NCBI GenBank assembly: GCA_030704615.1
Contig: CM060732.1
Location: 26,412,001 to 26,476,000, forward strand
Origin: Takakia lepidozioides
Lineage: Eukaryota > Plantae > Bryophyta
Direction: 5' to 3'
Length of the DNA: 64,000 bases
In this document: positions 1 through 11,220 of the stretch, in pieces
Layout: each line of letters begins with the position of its first letter
Numbering within the stretch: position 1 is the first letter of the stretch
Made by a program: the position numbers and the translations under genes
Notes under the pieces: generated by a model
What the model was told of the DNA's origin: nothing
Seen by the model: the letters and a program-made list of their open reading frames with translations, nothing else
Database searches by the model: none

Positions 1-345
1 GACCCATGGAGGATTTGACTGAACATGAACCCAAGATGACCTCTAGCGTGTGCTGCTTGTGTCTGTAGTTAGGTAATGTCGGATTGGTCAGTGAGAACCA
101 CCACGGTGCAGCTGAGTGGGCAGAGATTGAAACACGGCCTACTAAGACCAAGCTAACTCTCCCAAGAACCTTGTAAACATCAGGAAGAATACCAAATCAT
201 GGTACTAACAGGAGCCAACAACCCACATTTTGCAGGATGGACAAACTTCTTCACATCGTACATTAAGAAAAAGCCACACCTTGCGATTGCGGTTGTCCCA
301 CCATCGTGAAGGATCTTTTAGAAACTCTGCTCCGTGCTGTAAAAT
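1..345 (-). pseudogene. 5' part of a degenerate PDF-motif (OSB-type) gene, running off the left edge
   Basis: Minus strand 345-280 reads AEFLKDPSRWWDNRNRK followed by a GT donor. 90-1 reads TNPTLPNYRHK..EV/(frameshift)WVHVQSNPPWV. Closely similar to 25816-25990. Confidence 0.7.
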
Positions 346-659
346 CAGGGCCGAGCGGGTAGAGATTGAAACACGGCCTGCTAAGACAAAGCTGACTCTC
401 CCAAGAACGGCGGGCTCCAGCCGAAACCTCCTCGCACACATACCCTAGCGTTTCTAGGGTTGCTTGCTCCAGATGCGAAGGTTGATCCAACTGCGGGCCT
501 CCCATGCATGTTTGCCCTCTCTCCCGCTTGCTCGCTCTAAGTCCCAACCCTCTCTCTCCCTCCCTCCCTCCCGCTCGCTCTAAGTCTGTTCACGCTACCG
601 TGATGGGCAACTTTTTAAGTTTTTTAACCTTTTTGTAAACCCTAAAACCCCGCTTTGAT

Positions 660-863
660 TTTTTTTTTTTTTCTTTTCTTAAAGGAAACCACAGGCCCTT
701 GAGGAGGGGGGAAAATTCACCCGCCTTCATTTATGGGCCATAAGACGTACAGGACAATGAACGGCCAGACATACCGTCACGAACAATCCCACACACGGGA
801 TAAGGCAGCGGGTTTGAACCCCAAACCACCAGGGCGACACACTGTGCACTTACCAGCCGATGT
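660..863 (-). mobile_element. Probable tRNA-derived SINE
   Basis: Minus strand has an A-box-like TCGGCTGGTAAG and a B-box-like GGTTCAAACCC, and ends in TTCCTTTAAG plus an A-rich tail (T run 659-672 on +). Confidence 0.5.
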
Positions 864-959
864 GTTTTTTTTTTTATAAATTGCATTTTGTTTTTGTTTT
901 TTGTTTTTTTTTAATTCATTCTAGTGGTCAGAGTCTCCGTTTTTTCAAAATATAAATAC

Positions 960-1333
960 TCATATATTATACATATAACCAGAAAAGCATGTGTCGACAC
1001 GTACAGTCATGTAGTGATTCATCCATGTGATGATCTGGCAGAATGCATTAGAGCGAGAGTCATGAAGTCATATGTCTTTCTAGCAATATACACACGTCAT
1101 TCCAGTGTAGCCATGACTGTGACTGGTAGTCATATCTGCCATGCCAATATTCGTGGTCAAACATGTTTGACCTGTGTTGCGCAGAGTCCGGAGCCATGCA
1201 GTTGCATATTCGCCTTCCCCAGACCTGCATTATGACTTCAAAAGCATTTTACGACTATAAATGGCATTTCTGCCACTAATCTGTCATGACTGCGCACCCA
1301 TGGGAGTCATAAAAGCCACAATCTGTTGTAGTA
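960..1333. mobile_element. CACTA-type subterminal repeat block with a degenerate terminus
   Basis: Recurrent GTAGTCAT/ATGACT motifs. Ends ...TTGTAGTA, a degenerate reverse complement of CACTACAA. Similar to 26230-26570. Confidence 0.55.
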
Positions 1334-2593
1334 ATTTGATTGAAGCAGGCCTCGTGCAGGACTAGTTGCACAAAGCACATAAGCAACAGCTATACCAAAT
1401 GCAGGTGAAGCATGAGAGCAAGTTGCAAGAAGTGAATGCACTACATACGGAGTTGCAGACAGTACATGAGAGGATGGCCATACAATGTGCTACACTCACA
1501 ACTACTCTTCAGCAAACTACAATAGAAGTTAACAGACAAGGGGAGATATTAATGAAGGCAGAGGTAGAGAATGTCGAGCAGGCGAAACTCATTGTTGATA
1601 TGAAGAATACAATCTGTCGCAATGAGAATACTTTCAAGCAATATAGGCAGGCTGAAGTTGACCAAGAGAGGTACATCCTGGAATTGCAACAAACGGTCAT
1701 GGTAAATAGAAATGAGCTCTCTGTGGCTAACAAGGCTTGGAAGGAAGCCAATAATCTGGCTGCTGCATATGCGAGTTTGGTTGAACCTCATGCGAAGCGC
1801 ATGGAGGCTTTACAGCAGCAGACAGATGTGTACAGGCTCACAGAGGAGCAGACTCTCGGGGGTGCCACACGCAACTTGGTGGATAACCACCTTATGCAGG
1901 TCTAGTTAGCATAAGGGCCGGTGGAAGGCAAAGCACCACGGAAGCTCACCCAGGGCGAGATGAATGAGCTCAGACTGCAGGTGCAGAACATTGCCACAAT
2001 TACTATAGACAATGTCTATAGTAGGATAGCGGAGCTACAGGAGGATGTAGATGGCCTGCAGACTCAGGTGGAGGACCTGACTTCAAATATTGACAAGAGA
2101 GTCTTTGTACCTGAGGAGCAGCTGATGGCTACTTATTTACAAGCCAGAACTCTAATTTTTTAGTCTTCTTCGCAAGGGGTGCAGGAGATGCCAGTGGTGG
2201 AAGGGCCAGTGTTACCAATACCACAACAAGTGACTGTGCCGGTAGCTGACCCTGTTGTTACTACAGCCACACCACAGCCGCCACAGCCTGAGGTATGGGG
2301 GGATGCTGCTTTTAACCCACCTAGGACTCCTGCTGCACGAGAGTACAGTCGAGCTATGATTATGCCCTTCAACCAAATTCCCATTGTGTTGGATTTGGCT
2401 TGGAAAGAATTTAGTCCTCCGCAGTCGTTGGCACATTACTACCAGATCATGCGCATTTGGCTGCCAGTGGCAACTCGGACTAAGGTTCTTCCAAACAATC
2501 GACCCATTGAGGATCATCATTTTACGAGGTACTGGTCTGAAGCAAGTACCATGTTGAGGGAATTAATTGCCTTCCAAGTTGTACATGGGTACA
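1334..2593 (+). mobile_element. Isolated second copy of the Gypsy element's extra 3' ORF (coiled-coil part)
   Basis: ORFs 1366-1905, 1921-2163 and 2179-2607 match 15930-17179 at high identity, with nonsense mutations at different positions. Confidence 0.9.
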
Positions 2594-3284
2594 ACAATGT
2601 AATGTAAGTCTGGTCCAGTACATTTGGAATTCTTGGGTTGCTTGTGAATTGCATGAGCAGTGGGTTTCTCTTGAGTGAGCTATATAACTAGTGTATTTCA
2701 GGTTGTAATGCCACTAAAGAAATTGTAATGGTTTGTGATATAGGGACCTATGATGAAGCGGCTCCATGTTGTCAACAAGTCAGCAGAGGAGCTGGAAAGT
2801 AGCCCTCTCAAGCAGTTCTCACAGCCGCTTGAAAGTCAGCTTGGTGTAAGTCCATGACCTTCTTTTCCAATTTTGTTTATGTGGCCACTGGAGTGTAGAC
2901 TACCGTCCTTCACGTTTGTTGTATCCTTGTGGTCATAGACTCCGCATCCAGTGGGAGACCATTGTGAGGGATTTACTTCAGTTTATTGCCAAGGGTAGGT
3001 ACAGAAAGTACTCATAAGACCTTGTGTTTGGCATAGCCTTTTGGGTAGGTAGGTAGAGAGAACGAAATTGAAATGTGTGTGTGTGTGTATATGTTATTTG
3101 CTGCAACTTGTTGGCTGTTGACCTTCCTGCCTACCCTTCCTCCCTCCCCTCCATCCATCCATCCCTATTAATAGTTGCAGCCCCCCTCCCGGTACTTAAG
3201 TACTATAATGTTTGGACCTCCGTAGTCTAGCGTGCATGTTATTTTCACTCATTGTTTTTGTTGGTGGGTGTTGGGATGACAGTT

Positions 3285-3552
3285 TAAGGTGGGAGACCAA
3301 GTTTGGCTCCTTAACGTGATGTCCAAAACGGACAAAGGTTGGATCAGGGATTATATGTTCTCTGCAAGGCTGCAAGGTAAGTGAGGGCTACCCCTGATGT
3401 GCCAGCTGAGTATGCGGCTATATACATCAAAGAGGCATACATCACTAACGCTCCTTTACCATATCTCAACGATGTTAAGAAACATACTGTGTTGGGGGAT
3501 GTGGTAGGAAGCACCACACTTTGGAGTTTGAAGCTACTGAGACATGAGGTTT
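3285..3552 (+). mobile_element. Probable CACTA TnpA-like C-terminal fragment
   Basis: AAIYIKEAYITNAPLPYLNDVKKHTVLGDVVGSTTLW resembles the 'PLP...T.GD.VGS...W' end of En/Spm accessory proteins. CACTA repeats follow after the gap. Confidence 0.4.
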
Positions 3553-4052
3553 NNNNNNNNNNNNNNNNNNNNNNNNNNNNNNNNNNNNNNNNNNNNNNNN
3601 NNNNNNNNNNNNNNNNNNNNNNNNNNNNNNNNNNNNNNNNNNNNNNNNNNNNNNNNNNNNNNNNNNNNNNNNNNNNNNNNNNNNNNNNNNNNNNNNNNNN
3701 NNNNNNNNNNNNNNNNNNNNNNNNNNNNNNNNNNNNNNNNNNNNNNNNNNNNNNNNNNNNNNNNNNNNNNNNNNNNNNNNNNNNNNNNNNNNNNNNNNNN
3801 NNNNNNNNNNNNNNNNNNNNNNNNNNNNNNNNNNNNNNNNNNNNNNNNNNNNNNNNNNNNNNNNNNNNNNNNNNNNNNNNNNNNNNNNNNNNNNNNNNNN
3901 NNNNNNNNNNNNNNNNNNNNNNNNNNNNNNNNNNNNNNNNNNNNNNNNNNNNNNNNNNNNNNNNNNNNNNNNNNNNNNNNNNNNNNNNNNNNNNNNNNNN
4001 NNNNNNNNNNNNNNNNNNNNNNNNNNNNNNNNNNNNNNNNNNNNNNNNNNNN
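3553..4052. other. Assembly gap (500 N)
   Basis: Run of N. The round length suggests a scaffold spacer. Confidence 1.
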
Positions 4053-4512
4053 ATATATAACAAATTTTAAAATCTACATGACCTACACGTGTCATTCACA
4101 CATACTCCAACAAGACCACGTGGCATCTGTAGTGTTGTAGTGATATAGTCACACCCATAGTAATGTAGCCATACATGTATTCAGGAAATGTGCCACATGT
4201 CATCCTCAGCGATGTACTAAGTAGTTATGTAGTCATCAGTGTAGTCACACAATGTAGTCATGTAGTCATAAAGTTACGCCTACATCACTATACTCCATCC
4301 CACGATTGGACACGTGTCATAGCAGAGGGATTACGTGTGTCACGCATACAACTATCTATGTAGGCGGACTTCTGTAGTAATGTAGTTATCATGTTAGTCA
4401 TGACATGTAGTCGTGTAGTCGTGTAGTCCACTGTACCATATGGTCACACATGTCAAATCCCAAGGATCCCACGTGTCACGCACAAGCCTCTCCATGTAGG
4501 CGCAATGCTGTA
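4053..4512 (-). repeat. CACTA-type subterminal repeat array
   Basis: Many GTAGTC and ACACGTGTC units plus CTCTCCATGTAGG, the reverse complement of the units at 10700-11130. Confidence 0.65.
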
Positions 4513-7500
4513 GTGGCCAAAGCTTCAAAGTGCGAATTCGGGGTCACAAAAGTGGAGTTCCTGGGGCATGTGATTACACAGGATGGGATCAAAATGGATG
4601 ACAGAAAGGTGAGGGCGATCTTGGACTGGGAGCCTCCGACTTCGGTCCCGGGAGTGCGATCCTTCCTAGGACTCGCCTCCTATTACCGGAAGTATGTGAG
4701 AAATTTCGCCAAGATCGCGGGGCCGTTGTCAGACCTTCTGTGTAAATCCAAAGTCTGGGTATGGAACACCTTGTGTGGCCAAGCTTTTGCTGAATTGAAG
4801 CAACGGATGGCGGCAGCTCCAGTCTTGAAAATCCCAGAGTTCGATCGGCCGTTCGAGATTCATACAGATGCGTCGGACTTTGCGATTGGGGGTGTACTGA
4901 TGCAAGATGGACGTCCAGTGGCTTACGAAAGTAAAAAACTGAACGAAGTGGAGCGACGGTGGCCGACGCACGAGAAAGAGATGAAGGCGGTGGTGCACTA
5001 TCTTGAGCTTTGGCGCCACTATGTTGGTTCCAACCCAGTGAAGGTGTTCACGGACAATGTTACGGTGAAGTATTTTGCCACGCAGCCCAAGTTGTCCCCA
5101 AAACAACTTAGGTGGCAAGATACTTTGGCGGTGTTTGACGTGGATATCCAATACAAACCGGGATGTGACAATGTGGTGGCCGATGCTTTAAGTAGAAAGC
5201 AGCAGCTCCTGTTGGTGTACAGGGGCGAGACGGCGCTCCAAAGGAAAATCCGGAAGGCTTGTCAGAAAGATGAGCTGGCGAAGTCCGTGATGCAGGACTT
5301 GAGGAAGGGGGTTAAATCGCAATTCCACTTGCAAAATGGACTGCTCCGGTATAAGCAAAAGCGTCTCTACGTGCCGAAGGGAGGGATCAGAGATAGTCTC
5401 TTGAGAGAATGCCATGATAGCCCGCTTGCGGGCCACTGCGGAGCCAAGCGCACTGCGGCACTCTTGAAGAAAGAGTATTTCTGGCCCAAACTAAGGGAGG
5501 AGGCAGAGGAGTATGTCAAGACATGCACCACATGCCAACAAAACCGGAGCGAGTACAAAAAGCAAGCGGGGCTGTTACAACCCTTGCCGATTCCAGAGGG
5601 GACTTGGGAAAACGTCTCGATGGATTTCATGACTGTTATGCATCCCCACCAAGGAGACGGCAACGACGCAAGAGACAGGGCGACTTTACTTCGCCCACGT
5701 CTTAAAACATCATGGAGTCCCGAAGGATATTGTCTCGGACCGCGATCCAAAGTTTACGAGTAAATTTTGGAGAACACTTTGGAAGAAGATGGGGACGAGG
5801 CTGAAGATGAGCACCACCTTCCGATCTACGACCGACGGCCAAACGGAAAGAGTGAATTCCGTAGTGAAGCAGATCTTGCGGAATTACGTGTCGGCAGACC
5901 AATCAGACTGGGTGGAACACTTAGACGCGGTAGAGTTCTGTTATAATAACACAGAACACTCCGCAACGGGAGTTTTCCCTTTCGCATTGGTCTATGGAAA
6001 AGCACCTCTGGTGCCGACAAGTTGGGCCGCCCAGGACGTTGAGGAACCGACAGTAGCGACGGTACTGGAAGAACGCGAGCGTTTGTTGAAGCTCGCAAAA
6101 TACAACATTGCCAAAGCGAGGAAACGGTATGAAAGGCAGGCACGGAGGTCTGGTTGAACATCAAGAATTTCCGACTACCTCCGGAAGTGAGTCCAAGTTC
6201 GTACCTCCGTATGCGGGACCCTTTCGCATCCGGAAGGTTATCAATGAGGATGTGTATGAATTGGAGCTGCCGGCAAACAGCAAGGTGCATCCAATATTTC
6301 ACGTCTCCCTTTTGAAGCCTCACTTCAAATGAAGGCGCGTCCGAATCGGCATCAAGTGTTGCGTCCGCCACCTGTGCTGTTGGATCATGAAAATGAACCT
6401 GAGTACGAGGTGGAGGCAGTACTTAAGTCGAGGAGGTTCAAGAACCGAGAAACGGAGTATCTCGTCAAATGAAAGGGCTATCATCATGTGGAGGCATCTT
6501 GGGTGCGTGCCTCAGAAATGGGAAACGCGTCCGAGGCGGTTGCAGTTTTCGAAGGGCGACCTCAAAAGCGGAAGAACCGTTGATGGGACATCAACCTTGG
6601 AGCGTGGGGGAGGAAATGCATGCTTAGCCCGGCTTAGCTAGCTCAGGAATCCGATTGCAAAAACTTGTATTGTACAAAAATTTGTTATAAAGGAAATGGG
6701 TTCCAAATGTTGTGTGTCCTATTTTGTTTGGAATGGTGATGCATGGTGTGGTTGGCTAGTGTGTAGAATGCATGCTAGCTTACAAAAGTGGGAGAGGTAA
6801 ATTGGGTTAATCGTGTGTTTGCGCAGTGCCGAAATCGGGTGACTCCCATCCAAGGGGCAAGGAAATATGCGCCTTCTTTGGGAGTTCACGTGCTAGTGCG
6901 CACCTGGCGCGTGTGCGTACTATAATTGCGCTACCAAGGTGGTTGCCTTGTAGTGCAATCTAACGCGGAAGCTATGTGCTTCCGTTCATGTAATTGTGTA
7001 GCCTTGGGACGAAGTCGTAGTGCGGCTTCGACGTGTTCCCGTACCTCAGGCCAGCATTCCAAGACGGACCCAATTGTAGTGATTGGGGCGCACGGTTGGT
7101 TCAAGGTTATCTTCCTAGTCAAAGGGGTTCGAGGTGAACCCTTGCGCAAAGTGATGCCAAAAAGCGGCATCAGGAGCGATCGCAAGCAATGTTGTTGCAG
7201 TAAGGCGATTCGATCCTCGGGGAGGATCGTTCCTTGACCTTGAAAAAGGCCAAGAAGAGTGCACTGGGGGGAGCTTGAGAGGCTCCACCCTTGGCCGGGA
7301 CTTGGAGGAAGTCGGCCGAACTAGCTAGTGGAGAGTAGAGTCAAGTGTGGGGTTTGGTTCTTTGCCATGGGACGCCGTGGTACGGAAACAAACTCCTTGA
7401 TGTGGGACGCCACAACTTGGATGTTCGTTTCTACAAAATGGACAAGTCGGTGAGGACATCGACTCCCTGTTGGTAGGGGTGTGTTCGCGGCCCTTTGCCT

Positions 7501-7968
7501 TGAGGGCAGGGGGTCGGGACACATGAGGGGCTGCCCCTGTGGTGGGGGCAGCGGCAGCGATAGGTATGGGGGGCTGAAGCACCCTTGAGTGCCCAAGGCA
7601 CTCAAGGAGGCGGAGGCGCTCACTAGGTGGAGCCCCGCACACCGGGTTGCGGTGGGGGTGGCTCCACAAAGGGAGTAGTAACCCCGAGAACGGTGCAAGC
7701 CCGTTGGTGACCAAAAACTAGTGAGTAAGCGAGCGAGCCGGAAAGCGACCAAAGAGTGGGGACTGTTCCGGACTGCCAACTACCAAAGGGAATTCCCACT
7801 GGTTCCAAATCGGTGGAGAGTTCTTTGGGAGAACAAAGGGGGGACCGTTATGCCCGGTGAGCAGCCGAAGCTCCAAGTTGGCCCGGCGGCTAGGTTGGGA
7901 GTCAGGCGCCGCGCATCAAAACGAGTAACTATACTTGAGGGGAGCTTACCGAAGTGAGGTGCGCGACA
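4513..7968 (+). mobile_element. 5'-truncated chromovirus (Ty3/Gypsy): RT end, RNase H, integrase, chromodomain, PPT, 3' LTR
   Basis: KCEF..FLGH; TDASDFAIG..YESKKL..EKE (RNase H); H..H..CTTC; DGQTER; GPF; chromodomain EYEVEAVL..EYLVK*KGY..EASW at about 6395-6555. PPT about 6599-6616. Probable LTR 6617-7968 (TG...CGACA). Stops, frameshifts and an integrase deletion near 5635. Confidence 0.9.
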
Positions 7969-8652
7969 GACTTCGCACAGCCGACATAGCCCGACACAGC
8001 CAGTCACAGCCGACACAGCCCGATACAGCCAGTCACAGCTCGGCAAGCTCCGGGCTAGCTTGACCACAGCCTGTCTAGTACATAGTGAACAGTAATCATT
8101 TGCAGGGAACAACTTTAAGGGATTGACGGTTAATTATTTAAGGTGGATAGACAGCTTGGGGCAGATAAGGAGAGCGACAACGGAAAGAATGACACTTCAG
8201 GGAGAGATGAGAGGAGATCAGGCGGAGAGCAAGAACGAGAGCATGGAGTAGGAGGAGAGATGAACAGTAGATGCGTTATTCATGCAGAGCTGTATGATAC
8301 TTAGGGCGGATTAGAGTCATTTTGACATTGGCCTAGTACCTGATAAATCGTAATCTGATACTTATTCGATACAAGCACTGTGTAGAGAGACTGAGTGAAG
8401 CTGTGAAATGAATGCATGATTAATTGGAATTAAGTAGATACTGAAGCAATCTGATGCTTCAGTATCAGATAAGGTGAATTGATAACATGAAGGCAAGAAG
8501 GAATACAAATGGGAAGCACAACCATGATTCACTAGCTGTAGGTCATGAGTGATTGTACTGAGCGGGCTGAGTGCTTAGAGATATCCAACTCTTCTATCTT
8601 GGAGTTTCCACCTCGGATAGCGAAGGGATGGGTGAGTAAAAGCCGCTCGATA
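7969..8652 (+). repeat. 5'-truncated LTR of the non-chromo Gypsy family
   Basis: 8400-8650 is nearly identical to 18580-18830. Contains the CACAG array 7975-8070. Ends GCCGCTCGATA. Confidence 0.85.
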
Positions 8653-10495
8653 CACCACAACTACCACAGGTCCTCAAGGACCAGCACCAGCAAGGGGGCC
8701 AGCACCTGTCAATGGGCAGGGGGTAGGGCCACAGATGGCGTTACAACCAACACGGGCAAAACCACCTTTTCCAATATATTCAGGAAAATGGGATCCTGAT
8801 GTACACATTAGCCAATTTGAGCACATGTGTATTGTGAACAATGAGAATGGCGATGATGCCAAGATGAGACTGTTTCCTTGTTCACTTATAAAGAAAGCAA
8901 GTGAATGGTATGCAAGATTCCCTGATAATCATTTCCTAACCTAGAATGGCTTGAATACAACATTCCGAAATAGGTTCAGGACAAGTAAAATTGAGGATGA
9001 AGTGTATGGAAGTTTACAACAGTTAAAGCAAAAGAAGCATGAAATTGTTGAGGAGTATATGAAAAAGATGGAATTGATGATGAAAAAGCTCGCTGCTGTA
9101 CCAGCACTAGGTTTACAGAAGACTTGGTTTGTGAGTGGACTAAGACCAGAGTTGCAAAAGAAAGTGGATATGTTACCCCATAATACAGTGGAGGAGGCAT
9201 TTGAAACAGCGAACAGAAATGAGCAATTGGGAATGCTCAAGAGAGAGAAAAGGGATGATGAGGACTCTGAGGATGAGTTAGATGAGGAAGAAGAGCAAGA
9301 GCTTAAGAGGAAGAGTAAGAGAAGGAAAAGTTGAAGAGGGATAACTATGAGAAAAGATTAGAAGAAATCTTGAAGAAGTATGCCATGGAGGCTGCAACAC
9401 ATTGGAAGAAGGGTGTTTGGTGTGCAAAATGCCATAATGAAGGCCATACCACCACTGAATGCCACATGAAGGAGAAACACTGTATTATCTGTAAAATGGA
9501 TAACCATTCTACTGAGAATTGTTACTACAACAGAAGGACAACAACAAGAGAACCTAGGCAAGTAAGGGTGCATCACCAGCCAAAAAGAAACAGTGATCAG
9601 GACCACTATGGTAGGCCTGGTGGTTATAACAATGGCATGGAAGGGAGAGGTAATCCAAGAGGGAATTACCAAGGAAATTCCAGAGGCAACTATCAGGGTA
9701 ATCCAAGGGGGAATTATCAGCCAGGGAATCAGGATTACAGAAACAATCCCAGAACAGACCAAGGGCGTGGACCTAATGGGGAAGAACTGTGTTACTATTG
9801 TAATCAGGCAGGACATCGCAAGGCAGCCTGTCCATTCTGGATCAGACACCATAATGAGATGAGAGCTCCTGTGAATGAGGGGCCAATGGTGGCAGCTCAC
9901 ATGGTTAGGCCATGTGTTGTACCAGAAGTAAGTACAACGATAGTAACCAGAAGCAAAGCCAGAATAATACCTCCAGTAGATGAGGAAGGTGATGATAATG
10001 AAAATGGCAGTGATGTGCCAGAAGATGATGAGGCTTGGAGAGATGAGAAGGAACTGCACAAGGAAGTGACAGATACCATAAGGGAAATGCAGAAGAGTAC
10101 TGATATTCTTATGGCAGATTCCTCTGATTCTGAAAGAGAAGAGGAAGTGAGTGAGGATGAAGGGAAGAAAGAAGCTGCAGAAATGCAGAGTAATGAAGGG
10201 ACTTTGGCTGAAGTAATATGCCAGTCCAAAGCGGAGATTACCATTGGACAGCTATTGGCTGTGGCACCTTATTGTAGACACAGGCTGTGTCAAGCAATCA
10301 ATCAAATTGCCCATGTGACAGGGAACACAGACCTGAACAGCAAGGTGACCAGTTATAATGTGAAGCCGGAAGGATGAGAAACAGTCATGGACTTTGATGA
10401 TTCTATGCCAGTAATCCAATTGAGAATTGGAAGCACAGAACTAACCGATGTACTGATAGATGGAGGCTCTGGAGTGAATATCATGACAGACCAAT

Positions 10496-11220
10496 CATTA
10501 CAACATATGAGCATTTTTATGATTTCACATATGACTATTTTTTCAGTCTTATATGCGTTCATGACTACATCACTCTGTAGTGAAAAAAACCCTGTTATAG
10601 CGACTAGTCTTTAGGACTGCATTTTGCAAGTCACATCCGTGACTGCTTGCGCGGCACCTGGAGTCCTGCTGCAGAGAGGGTTGCAGTCACAACTATATGA
10701 CTAATATATGACTACATTGTCTATTGAGCGCTGCCTACATGGAGAGGCTTCAGCGGGACACGTGCGCCACTACGCAAGCGACACGTCATGCATTCGTCAG
10801 GGGATCATATGACTATATGTCTGCAAAGTGATGCCTACATGGAGAGGCGACGGATGGACACGTGCGCCACTGAGAATTTGACATGTCACGACTTCTTGCC
10901 ATGATCATATGACTACATGTCTGCACAGTGATGCCTACATGGAGAGGCGCTAGCAGGACACGTGTGTTATAGCAGATTTCACACGTGGTGACTACATGAC
11001 TCGCTCATATGACTACAGAGATGTCTACATGGAGAATTGTTAGCGGGACACCTGTTGCACTTGAGATGTGACATGTGGCACACAGACAAAATATATGACT
11101 AGCATATATGACTACGGATCTTTACACGTGGTGAAAATATGGATAAAGAATGTCGTGTCACATACTGCCACGTGTTCTGGTTTGAGCAAGAGTGATGCCA
11201 CGTGTCATCAAGATTGTTTT
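10496..11220 (+). mobile_element. CACTA element end inserted after the protease active site
   Basis: Starts CATTACAACATATGAGCATTTTTA, matching the reverse complement of the terminus at 26570 (CACTACAAGATATGAGCGTTTTTA). Followed by repeats containing CCTACATGGAGA, ACACGTG and ATATGACTAC. Confidence 0.75.

Noticed and set aside
3344-4140. Long ORFs full of X
   Set aside because: Artefacts of the 500-N gap.
10700-11130. Regularly spaced repeats resembling repeat-spacer arrays
   Set aside because: The intervening parts are themselves similar, and the block follows a CACTA terminus, so these are subterminal repeats.
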